From: Octadecabacter dasysiphoniae
GTDB taxonomy: Bacteria > Pseudomonadota > Alphaproteobacteria > Rhodobacterales > Rhodobacteraceae
Assembly (NCBI RefSeq): GCF_021532615.1
Contig: NZ_JAKGAQ010000001.1
Coordinates: forward strand, 1,334,897-1,358,896
DNA length: 24,000 bases
Direction of reading: 5' to 3'
A model generated the notes under the pieces. The model was not told the DNA's origin. It saw only the letters and a program-made list of their open reading frames with translations, and did no database searches. A program made the position numbers and the translations under genes. This document shows, piece after piece, positions 5,786-14,372 of this stretch. Position 1 is the stretch's first letter. The number at the start of each line of letters is the position of its first letter.

Positions 5786-8260
5786 ATGGCACTCGTCTTT
5801 CGCTGGCTCATCCGACTTGCCTCTGCGCTGATCGTTCTGGCTGTTGCGGTGTTTGCGCTGGCCTATTATTTCGCATCCCGTTCCTTGCCCGACTACGAAG
5901 GCACGCTTGAGGTTGCTGGCATTTCCGCGCCTGTGGAAATCGTGCGCGACAATGCGAATGTGCCCCATATCTTTGGCGACACAGACGAAGACGTGTTCTT
6001 TGCCCTTGGCCTTGCCCACGCCCAAGACAGGTTGTGGCAAATGACAATGCTGCGCCGCACAGCACAGGGCCGTTTGTCGGAACTGTTCGGCGCGCGCACG
6101 CTGCCCATCGACAGTCTGATCCGCCGCCTTGATTTATACCCGTTGTCGCAATCATCGGTGAACGCGCTTGATGAGACCACCCGAGCAGCGCTTGAGGCGT
6201 ATTCCGCGGGCGTCAATGCATGGATCAATCAGGTCAACGCAGGCGCACGAGGCCGTGGCGCGCCTGAGATGTGGATGTTCAACCATGCGATTGCACCGTG
6301 GCAACCTGCGGATTCCGTATCGATCATTAAAGTCATGGCGCTCCAGCTTAGCAGTCACCTCGAAGAAGAAGTGTTGCGTGCCCGCACATCGCTGATCCTC
6401 AGCAACGAAGACCGTCTGAACGACATCTTGCCAATGGTTCCGGGGTCCGGCCTTGCGGCGCTGCCCAACTACGCATCGCTTGTGCCGGATGTACCGACAT
6501 ATGCGCCCAATTCACGCATGGCGTTTGACCCGATTTCGCCTGTTGTGCCGCGTGCCCTTGCGGGGGCGTCGAATGCATGGGCGGCGGGTGTGCCACGCTC
6601 AGCCACAGGATCAACTTTGTTGGCCAATGATCCGCATCTTGGCCTGACGGCGCCGTCGATCTGGTATCTTGCGCGTCTGGAACTGGAAAGTGGCGGCGTG
6701 ATCGGCGGCACCATTCCCGGTGTGCCCGTGATTATGCTGGGCCGGTCTTCTGATCTGGGTTGGGGGATCACGTCATCCTACCTTGATGATCAGGATGTTT
6801 ATATCGAAGAGGTGAACCCGTCAGACGCCAGCCAATACCGCGTTCCGAATGGCTGGGCGAACTTTGAAACCCGCGAAAGCATCGTGCGCATCAAAGACGC
6901 GCCGTCGGTGACATTGCAATTGCAATGGACAGTGAACGGACCCGTCCTGCCGCCCGATCAATACGATCTGAACACAATCCGCCCGCCCGGGCATGTAACG
7001 GCTGTCGCGTGGACGGCCTTGTCAGATGCAGACACAACCATGCAAGCCGCGATGGAACTTATGCGCGCCACAAGCGTCGAGGCCGGAATTGCGGCCGCGG
7101 AGGGGTATGTCGCCCCAAGCCAGATGCTGACCCTCGCGGATCGCAATTCTATTGGGCTAAAACTGATCGGCCATGTTCCCAACCGCGACCCCGCCCATGT
7201 GACCCAAGGCCGTTTGCCCCATTACGGGTATCTGCCGCAGAACCGCTGGGATGGACGGCGCGCCTATGACACCAACCCGGAGTGGATTGACCCCATCGGC
7301 GGGATCGTTGGAAACACCAACAACAAGGTCATTGAGGCCCCGTTCCCCGCCCACATCAGCCATATGTGGGGGGACAGCCAGCGCGTGAACCGCTGGCGTT
7401 TGTTGATGCAAGCCCGCGAAGTCCACACGCGCGACAGTTTCATCGAAGCCCAGTCAGATACTGTCAGCTACACCGCGCGATCCATCTTGCCGCTGATTGG
7501 TGCTGATCTGTGGTTCACAGGCGAAGCGGCCCCGGAAGGCACACCTGCGAAATTGCGTCAGGACGCCTTGGCGCTGCTCGCTGAATGGAACGGTGAGATG
7601 AACGAACATCTGCCCGAACCGCTTCTTTATTCCGCATGGATGCGGGCGTTACAAGACCGCCTGATCCGCGATGAACTGGGCCCCTTGGCGCGGGAATTCA
7701 CCCATGTTGAACCGCTGTTCATCGAACGGGTTTACCGCAACACGGATGGTGCGTCTGAATGGTGCGACGTCTTGCAATCCGCGCCGCAAGAAACGTGCAG
7801 CGACATTGCCAGACTGGCGCTTGATGATGCGCTTATTTGGGTCGGTGAACGTCACGGTACGGCCCTCGAAAGTCTGCGCTGGGGCGACGCCCATGAGGCC
7901 ACGCATGACCATCCGGTCTTGGGTGAGGCACCGGTGTTGCGTTGGTTCGTCAACATCCGCCAATCCACGTCTGGTGGCGACAACACGTTGATGCGGGGCC
8001 GCACCAGTGGCGTTGGCGATGATCCGTTCCTGAATGTCCACGCGGCCGCGTACCGGGGCGTCTATGATTTCGCCGATCCGGACAGTTCGGTGTTCATCAC
8101 GTCCACGGGCCAATCGGGTCATTTCCTATCGCGCTACTACGATGATCTTGGCGATTTGTGGCGGCGCGGTGAATATATCCCCATGTCGCTTGATCCGGCG
8201 TTGGCGCGTGGTGGGGCCGTTGGTGTGACCATGTTACAGCCAGTGGGAACCGCCAATTAA
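5786..8260 (+). CDS. Penicillin acylase family protein (peptidase S45 Ntn hydrolase), N-terminally membrane-anchored or secreted
   Basis: 824 aa. AAGGAA lies 5 nt upstream of the ATG. The hydrophobic N-terminus is LIRLASALIVLAVAVFALAYYF. The motifs GLAHAQDRLWQM, the candidate nucleophile Ser262 in GASNAWAAG (TCG at 6569-6571) and ANDPHL are all family hallmarks. Confidence 0.88.
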   Translation: MALVFRWLIRLASALIVLAVAVFALAYYFASRSLPDYEGTLEVAGISAPVEIVRDNANVPHIFGDTDEDVFFALGLAHAQDRLWQMTMLRRTAQGRLSELFGARTLPIDSLIRRLDLYPLSQSSVNALDETTRAALEAYSAGVNAWINQVNAGARGRGAPEMWMFNHAIAPWQPADSVSIIKVMALQLSSHLEEEVLRARTSLILSNEDRLNDILPMVPGSGLAALPNYASLVPDVPTYAPNSRMAFDPISPVVPRALAGASNAWAAGVPRSATGSTLLANDPHLGLTAPSIWYLARLELESGGVIGGTIPGVPVIMLGRSSDLGWGITSSYLDDQDVYIEEVNPSDASQYRVPNGWANFETRESIVRIKDAPSVTLQLQWTVNGPVLPPDQYDLNTIRPPGHVTAVAWTALSDADTTMQAAMELMRATSVEAGIAAAEGYVAPSQMLTLADRNSIGLKLIGHVPNRDPAHVTQGRLPHYGYLPQNRWDGRRAYDTNPEWIDPIGGIVGNTNNKVIEAPFPAHISHMWGDSQRVNRWRLLMQAREVHTRDSFIEAQSDTVSYTARSILPLIGADLWFTGEAAPEGTPAKLRQDALALLAEWNGEMNEHLPEPLLYSAWMRALQDRLIRDELGPLAREFTHVEPLFIERVYRNTDGASEWCDVLQSAPQETCSDIARLALDDALIWVGERHGTALESLRWGDAHEATHDHPVLGEAPVLRWFVNIRQSTSGGDNTLMRGRTSGVGDDPFLNVHAAAYRGVYDFADPDSSVFITSTGQSGHFLSRYYDDLGDLWRRGEYIPMSLDPALARGGAVGVTMLQPVGTAN

Positions 8261-9606
8261 TCGAGCGGGTGGTATCCACCGCTTTTGCCGTCATCCACGG
8301 GCTTTGTGTCTTTGGGCAAATCCATCGCATCAGGAAACTGTTTTTCAAACTGGGCCTGCTGCATTGGCGTCCAGGTGACGTTGATGGTCCAGCCTGTGTC
8401 GGTCTGATCGTCTGATACGATAACGCCTTCGCGTTGCAGCCAGCTTTGGGCAGCACCCATCGCCCAATCGAGCGTCAGCGTCAGATCGCGGGTCTTGCCC
8501 TTTAGGTGTTCGGTAACCCGTTCAAGAAGCGTATCCAGCCCCTGCCCTGTGACAGCCGAAATCGCAAAGACATCGTCGCCGTCTTTGTTGAGGGCCGACA
8601 CGTAATTCGCATCATCCTCGTCCAGCAGATCGACCTTGTTCAGAACTTCGATCATCGGCACATCGGGGTTCACGTCAAGCTGGCGCAACGTATCCATTAC
8701 CGCGCGTTTTTGGGCGGCAGATTGGGCATGACTGATATCGCGCACGTGCAGAATCACGTCTGCTTCCAGCACTTCTTCGAGGGTTGCACGGAACGACGCG
8801 ACAAGTTGCGTTGGCAAGTCAGAAATAAACCCAACCGTGTCAGACATGATGACTTCGTCGCCCGTGGGCAATTCAACCCTGCGCATGGTCGGATCAAGCG
8901 TGGCGAACAACATGTCTTTGGCGAACACATCCGCGCCCGTTAGTCGGTTGAACAGCGTCGATTTACCAGCATTGGTGTAACCAACCAAAGCCACAATCGG
9001 AAACGGCACCTTGGCGCGTGCCTTGCGGTGCAATTCCCGTGTCTTAACAACCTTTTCCAACGACTTCTTAAGGCGGTTTAGCTGGAGATCAATCGCGCGG
9101 CGGTCCGCCTCAATCTGGGTTTCACCGGGGCCACCGACAAAACCAAGACCACCACGCTGGCGTTCAAGGTGGGTCCATGCGCGGACAAGCCGCGTGCGCT
9201 GATACGACAGCGCGGCCATTTCAACCTGCAACACGCCTTCGCGTGTGCGCGCGCGGTCGCTGAAGATTTCTAAGATCAGGCCGGTGCGGTCCAGCAGTTT
9301 GACGCCCCATTCTTTTTCAAGGTTACGCTGCTGCACCGGGCTCACGTGGCCATCGATCAGAACAAGGCCAGCATCGGCCTCTTCTAACCATTCACCGATT
9401 TCAGCGATCTTGCCTTTGCCGAACAACATCCCGGGATGGACTTTGGGAAGGCCAACAACCTGCGCGCCAGCGACATCAAGTTCAGGTAGCGCGCGCGCAA
9501 GCGATACCCCTTCTTCAAGGGCGGCCTGTGCATTTCGGCGCAGATGGTCTGATTTGATTTCCGGATGCAGGACATAGGCCCGCGTGGCGGACCGTTCCTC
9601 GCCCAT
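8257..9606 (-). CDS. hflX: GTPase HflX
   Basis: 449 aa. The G-domain reads GYTNAGKSTLFNRLTG...DTVGF...NKVD, and an HflX N-domain is present. It lies 5 nt downstream of hfq, which is the conserved hfq-hflX arrangement. Confidence 0.95.
   Translation of the reverse strand: MGEERSATRAYVLHPEIKSDHLRRNAQAALEEGVSLARALPELDVAGAQVVGLPKVHPGMLFGKGKIAEIGEWLEEADAGLVLIDGHVSPVQQRNLEKEWGVKLLDRTGLILEIFSDRARTREGVLQVEMAALSYQRTRLVRAWTHLERQRGGLGFVGGPGETQIEADRRAIDLQLNRLKKSLEKVVKTRELHRKARAKVPFPIVALVGYTNAGKSTLFNRLTGADVFAKDMLFATLDPTMRRVELPTGDEVIMSDTVGFISDLPTQLVASFRATLEEVLEADVILHVRDISHAQSAAQKRAVMDTLRQLDVNPDVPMIEVLNKVDLLDEDDANYVSALNKDGDDVFAISAVTGQGLDTLLERVTEHLKGKTRDLTLTLDWAMGAAQSWLQREGVIVSDDQTDTGWTINVTWTPMQQAQFEKQFPDAMDLPKDTKPVDDGKSGGYHPLD
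8264..8287 (+). terminator. Candidate intrinsic terminator for the acylase gene, embedded in the hflX 3' coding end
   Basis: AGC(G)GGTGG-tat-CCACCGCT followed by TTTG gives 8 bp with one bulged G. It begins 4 nt after the TAA at 8258-8260. Confidence 0.35.
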
Positions 9607-9611
9607 CCTAT

Positions 9612-9848
9612 TTACGCTTCTTCGCCGTCATAAAGACTGATCGGCTGGCTCGGCATGATTGTGCTGATCGCCGATTTGTAGACCAACTGGCTCTGGCCAT
9701 CGCGGCGCAACAACACGCAGAAGCTGTCAAACCACGTGATGACCCCCTGAAGCTTCACACCGTTGATCAAGAAAATAGTTACCGGAACCTTGGATTTGCG
9801 GACGTTATTTAGAAACGCATCCTGTAAGTTCTGCTTATCTGAGGCCAT
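9612..9848 (-). CDS. hfq: RNA chaperone Hfq
   Basis: [66 protein letters not shown] is near-identical in pattern to alphaproteobacterial Hfq. Two in-frame ATGs exist (9857 and 9848). The ATG at 9848 gives the canonical MA.DKQ N-terminus. Confidence 0.95.
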   Translation of the reverse strand: MASDKQNLQDAFLNNVRKSKVPVTIFLINGVKLQGVITWFDSFCVLLRRDGQSQLVYKSAISTIMPSQPISLYDGEEA

Positions 9849-9944
9849 GTTCCCCATCCCTTATTGTTTTTGTGACTGCCCTAGGCGGCCAATGTATCCA
9901 TCCACGTCGTACTATGTCGTGGGGCGTTTCGAATTTCCACCCCC

Positions 9945-9968
9945 AAAACACCACACCAATTGTGGCGT
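9945..9968 (-). terminator. Candidate weak terminator after trkH
   Basis: The minus-strand RNA reads ACGCCACA-AUUGG-UGUGGUGU followed by UUUGGGG. This is an 8-bp stem with one G.U pair that would be a C.A mismatch on the plus strand. It starts 2 nt after the trkH stop. The U-tract is short. Confidence 0.3.
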
Positions 9969-9969
9969 G

Positions 9970-11487
9970 TCATCGCCGCCAGAATTCGGGGTTCAATAGT
10001 GCGATAATGGCAAGCGCCTCAAGGCGGCCAAGAACCATCGCCAAGGCCAGAACGACCTTCGCAAAGTCCGGGATACCCGCATAGGAAATCGGTGTTTCAG
10101 CCGCGATCGACGCCAGCGGTCCGGTTGTTGACAGGGCCGACACCGCCAGCACCATCGCCGTTTCGAACTGCACACCTGACAGCGCCAACAAAACCATCAC
10201 GGCCGCGATGGAAATGGTGAACAACATAAAGAAAATCCACGCGATCTGCGCGCCTTGCCTGCGGATCTGGCGCGCTTCTTTGCCCGCCCCCCCGACGGAA
10301 GACGGATGAACAAGGCGTTCAATTTCGCGCTGGCCGTGTTTCCACAACGCATAGACCCGTAGCAATTTAATGCCACCTGCGGTCGTCGCAACGCCGCCCC
10401 CGATCAGCGACAGGCCCACCAGCATTAACCCAGGCGTGCCAAGCCCTGACCAATCGCGTGTTGCCGTCCAATCTGCGGATTCAAAGCCTGTCGTCGTCAA
10501 AAAGCTGGTGATTGTGAACAAAGCGCCCCACAGCGCATGTGCCGCGGAAATAAAATCGTTCTGGGCATCGTTTTCAAAGACCACAAGGCCGTGGCGCACG
10601 AACAAGACCATCACCAGCACGACGATCAAGATGATGGCCAATTTGAATTCGCTGTCTTTGTGTAACGGTTTCATTTCCAGCCCGGACAACCCGCGCGAAA
10701 ACGACACGCGCGACATCGCAAATGCAAAGAAGAAGAGGATTATGAATTCTCCGACCAGTCCCGAGGGTGAAAACAGGATGCCACCGACCGGGGATATGCC
10801 GGACGTCGCCATCACCGACATTGCATGGCACAGGGCCACAAACGGAATTTCACCCGCCGCCGTTAACCCTAACCAAAGCAACGCCGTAAGCGCCGTGTAA
10901 AGCGGGATCAATTTCGCACCGTAACGGGCCAAGCGTTCGGACGGATCAGACACGCGCCCGATCTGGGCATAGTTTCTGTCACGCGCCGTTCCGCCCTGTG
11001 TCGCGCGGACCTCAAACCCCCCGATGTTAAGCGGCGCGAGGATCGAAATCGCAGCAACCCACACCAGCAAACCGCCAAGCCATCCCATCAACGCACGCCA
11101 CAAATGCACCGAACTGGGTAAGTTGCGTGGGCTGTCATAAAGGGTGGCACCGGTTGTCGTGATCGAGGAAACGCTTTCAAACCACGCCTCAAGAAAAGAC
11201 ATGCGCGACACGGATTCATACATCGGCACCGCAAGCATGATTGGCAGGATCAAAAAGGCCGCAAGAAGGGACACAAGGTAGCCGCGCGCCAGCGTGCTTT
11301 TGTAGCTAGCGGTGGCCAATCCTATGAACAGCGTGAGCACGAAAAACAGCAGCGCGGAATAGAAAAACGACCGTGAGACCGCGTGATTGTCCACGGCGAG
11401 AGCATGGGCCGCAGGCACGATCATGGCCAGTGATCCGATGCCCATCAAAAGCACGAAAAACGGGCGTTGAAGAAGGGTGTTCATCAT
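9970..11487 (-). CDS. trkH: TrkH family potassium uptake protein
   Basis: 505 aa polytopic membrane protein. It has the repeated pore motifs typical of TrkH (TTTGATLY, ATSGISP, TTTGFES, GGIKLLRV, STTGP). It lies directly downstream of trkA. Confidence 0.9.
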   Translation of the reverse strand: MMNTLLQRPFFVLLMGIGSLAMIVPAAHALAVDNHAVSRSFFYSALLFFVLTLFIGLATASYKSTLARGYLVSLLAAFLILPIMLAVPMYESVSRMSFLEAWFESVSSITTTGATLYDSPRNLPSSVHLWRALMGWLGGLLVWVAAISILAPLNIGGFEVRATQGGTARDRNYAQIGRVSDPSERLARYGAKLIPLYTALTALLWLGLTAAGEIPFVALCHAMSVMATSGISPVGGILFSPSGLVGEFIILFFFAFAMSRVSFSRGLSGLEMKPLHKDSEFKLAIILIVVLVMVLFVRHGLVVFENDAQNDFISAAHALWGALFTITSFLTTTGFESADWTATRDWSGLGTPGLMLVGLSLIGGGVATTAGGIKLLRVYALWKHGQREIERLVHPSSVGGAGKEARQIRRQGAQIAWIFFMLFTISIAAVMVLLALSGVQFETAMVLAVSALSTTGPLASIAAETPISYAGIPDFAKVVLALAMVLGRLEALAIIALLNPEFWRR

Positions 11488-11502
11488 CGCCCCAAACGCC
11501 CC

Positions 11503-12879
11503 CTAGAAGAAGTCGATAGACACTTGCAGCAGCGTCTCGACCTCTGCGACCTGACTGGCCATCGCGAAAATTGCAACAATATCGCCCTCCTCGATGCGCA
11601 AATCTGCACGAGGTTTTGACATTTTGCCACTTTTGAGAACACCGCCCACTAAAACACCTTCGGGGAAATCAACGTCCTTAAGCTGCTTTCCCGCGATGGG
11701 ACTGGTGGTCAAAACCTGTGCCTCGATCATCTCTGCCTCGGCGTCACCGATTGAATAGACAGATCGCACACGCCCGTGCCGGATGTGGCGCAAGATGGAG
11801 GAAACGGTCGTGGCGCGAGGGTTGATGTAGGCGTCGATATCAAGCGGCCCCATCAGCGGCACAAGCGTTGGATCATTGGTCAGACAGATTGCCATTTTAC
11901 AGCCCAGCCCTTTGGCGCGGACGGCCGCCAGCAGGTTGGTTTTATCATCATCTGTTACGGCCAAAACCGCGTCGGCATTTCCGATATTCGCCTCTTCCAG
12001 AAGGGATGAATCCAGACCATCCCCGTTCAGAACAATTGTACGTTCCAGCGCGTCAGCGGCGGTTTCCGCAATGTCGCGGTTTCGTTCGATCACCCGCACA
12101 CGGATACGATCGGTGCGGGTTTCCAGCGCGCGGGCCACGGCCAATCCGACGTTGCCGCCACCGATGATCACGACCCGTTCCAGTTTGCCCTGTGTCTTGC
12201 CAAAGATTTCCAAAGTGCGGGCCATATCGGTGTTTTCCGTCATGACGTAACATTCATCGTTCGGAAAAATCTGGTCCCCCGCTGAGGGCACGAACAACGT
12301 CCCGCCGCGCCGTATCCCGACAACAATCGCCTTTAGTGTTGAAAACAGATCGCTGAGCTGACGAAGGGGTGTGTTGATAACCGGGCAGTCTTCGTCAATC
12401 GCGATGCCCAAAAGCTGCGCATGGCCTTCAAGAAAGCTTTCGGTGTCAAACGCCGCCGGTGCCGCAAGCCGTTGAAGCGCGGCCTCTGCTACTTCGCGTT
12501 CGGGCGAAATCACGACATCAATCGGCAGGTGATCGCGGCGGTACAGATCGGAATAGATGGCATTCAGATAACTTTGCCCGCGCAAACGCGCGATCTTGCG
12601 TTGTACTGCAAACACCGAATGGGCCACCTGACAGGTCACCATATTGACCTCGTCGGAATGGGTGGCCGCGATGACCATATCGGCATCTTCGGCCCCTGCC
12701 CGTTCCAGAATGTCCGGGTAGCTGGCGAAACCGGAAATGCCTTGCACGTCCAACGTATCGGTCGCGCGGCGCACCAGTTCAGGGTTGTTGTCAACAACGG
12801 TGACGTCGTTGCGCTCTGACGCGAGGTGACGGGCGATTTGCCAGCCGACTTGACCTGCTCCGCAAATGATAACCTTCAT
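11503..12879 (-). CDS. trkA: Trk system potassium transporter subunit TrkA
   Basis: 458 aa. It has two RCK/NAD-binding units (MKVIICGAGQVG... and VVIIGGGNVG...). Confidence 0.93.
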   Translation of the reverse strand: MKVIICGAGQVGWQIARHLASERNDVTVVDNNPELVRRATDTLDVQGISGFASYPDILERAGAEDADMVIAATHSDEVNMVTCQVAHSVFAVQRKIARLRGQSYLNAIYSDLYRRDHLPIDVVISPEREVAEAALQRLAAPAAFDTESFLEGHAQLLGIAIDEDCPVINTPLRQLSDLFSTLKAIVVGIRRGGTLFVPSAGDQIFPNDECYVMTENTDMARTLEIFGKTQGKLERVVIIGGGNVGLAVARALETRTDRIRVRVIERNRDIAETAADALERTIVLNGDGLDSSLLEEANIGNADAVLAVTDDDKTNLLAAVRAKGLGCKMAICLTNDPTLVPLMGPLDIDAYINPRATTVSSILRHIRHGRVRSVYSIGDAEAEMIEAQVLTTSPIAGKQLKDVDFPEGVLVGGVLKSGKMSKPRADLRIEEGDIVAIFAMASQVAEVETLLQVSIDFF

Positions 12880-12954
12880 GGACGCGCCTCAATTCAATCG
12901 GTGTCTGATTTCGGTTCAATGGTGGTGACAGATGGGGCCAGCACGGTCAATCGC

Positions 12955-14361
12955 TCACGCTTCGGCATCTTCTTCGATGTAGGCCACCCGCGCACCCGCT
13001 TTGTTGGATGTCACAACACCAAGCGTCTTGAGCTTGCGGTGCAATGCGGAACGTTCCATGCCCACAAAGCTTGCGGTGCGGCTGATATTGCCGCCAAAAC
13101 GGTTGATCTGGGTCAGAAGGTATTCACGTTCAAACAGCTCACGGGCTTCGCGCAGCGGCAGCGTCGCAAGGCTACCGGACAACAACACGCGGCCATCATC
13201 AGACGGGCCGTCCGCCTGATTTGGAAGCTCTTTGGCCTCAATCGGTCCGGTGGCATCCCCAAGGATCAACACCCGTTCCATCACGTTTCGAAGCTGGCGC
13301 GCATTGCCCGGCCACGGCATCGTTTGCAGCAATGCACCAGCCTCATCACTTAAAGGTCGCGCTGTAAGCCCCTGAGATACATGTAATTCTTCGATAAAGT
13401 GGGCAGCCAACAACGGAATGTCCTCGCGACGTTCTTCAAGGCTGGGGACATGGATCGGCACAACATTCAGGCGGTGATACAATTCTTGTCGGAAGGTCTC
13501 TGCCTCAATCGCGGCGACCAGATCACGGTTCGTGCTGGAAATAACCCGGACATCAACCTGCACTTTGTCCACACCGCCAACGCGCTGGAATTTCTGATCA
13601 ACCAGCACGCGCAGCAGTTTGGATTGTGTCGCAAGGGGCATGTCTGCGACCCCGTCAAAATAGATCACACCGCCGCTGGCTTCTTCCAGCAAACCACGTT
13701 CAATCCCGCGGCCTTCGGTTTCACGACCAAACAGCACTTCTTCCATACGCTCGGGTTCGACGCCCGCACAGTTCACGGATACAAACGGCATGTCGGCGCG
13801 ATCAGAATTGACGTGGATGTAGCGCGCGGCGGTTTCTTTTCCTGTGCCGCTCTCGCCCGTCAGCATCACACGACCATTTGATTTCGTGACCTTCTCTAGC
13901 TGGGAAATCAAGGTGCGGAACGCAGCACTTTCACCAAGCATCTCCGTTGGTGCCGCATCTGTGCGTTTAAGTTCGATGTTCTCGCGGCGCAGGCGGCTGG
14001 TTTCCATGGCGCGGCGGATCACAACCATCAACTGGTCGATATTAAACGGTTTTTCGATAAAGTCGTATGCGCCTTGTTTGATCGCAGCGACCGCGATTTC
14101 GATATTGCCGTGGCCGGAAATGATCACAACCGGTACTTCCGGGTGATCCTTCTTGACCTGCTTGAGGATATCGATCCCGTCCATGCGGCTGTCTTTCAGC
14201 CAGATATCGAGGATCATCAGCGCCGGCGTTTCCTTGTCGATTTGCGCCATGCATTCATCAGATGTGCCCGCCAATCGCGTCGTGAACCCCTCATCCTTGA
14301 GAATGTCCGAGATCAACTCACGGATGTCGCGTTCGTCGTCGGTGATCAGAATATCGCCCAT
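12955..14361 (-). CDS. ntrX: Response regulator NtrX (receiver + AAA+ + HTH; NtrC family)
   Basis: 468 aa. The receiver begins MGDILITDDERDIRE, Walker A is GESGTGKE, and a C-terminal Fis-type HTH is present. It lies 11 nt downstream of ntrY. Confidence 0.9.
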   Translation of the reverse strand: MGDILITDDERDIRELISDILKDEGFTTRLAGTSDECMAQIDKETPALMILDIWLKDSRMDGIDILKQVKKDHPEVPVVIISGHGNIEIAVAAIKQGAYDFIEKPFNIDQLMVVIRRAMETSRLRRENIELKRTDAAPTEMLGESAAFRTLISQLEKVTKSNGRVMLTGESGTGKETAARYIHVNSDRADMPFVSVNCAGVEPERMEEVLFGRETEGRGIERGLLEEASGGVIYFDGVADMPLATQSKLLRVLVDQKFQRVGGVDKVQVDVRVISSTNRDLVAAIEAETFRQELYHRLNVVPIHVPSLEERREDIPLLAAHFIEELHVSQGLTARPLSDEAGALLQTMPWPGNARQLRNVMERVLILGDATGPIEAKELPNQADGPSDDGRVLLSGSLATLPLREARELFEREYLLTQINRFGGNISRTASFVGMERSALHRKLKTLGVVTSNKAGARVAYIEEDAEA

Positions 14362-14372
14362 ATTACTTTACC

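Noticed and set aside
9921-9943. tRNA T-arm-like sequence GGGGCGTTTCGAATTTCCACCCC
   Set aside because: Only a single stem-loop is present. No acceptor, D or anticodon arms can be drawn around it, and the loop is 11 nt, not 7. It is interpreted as an mRNA hairpin on the minus strand.
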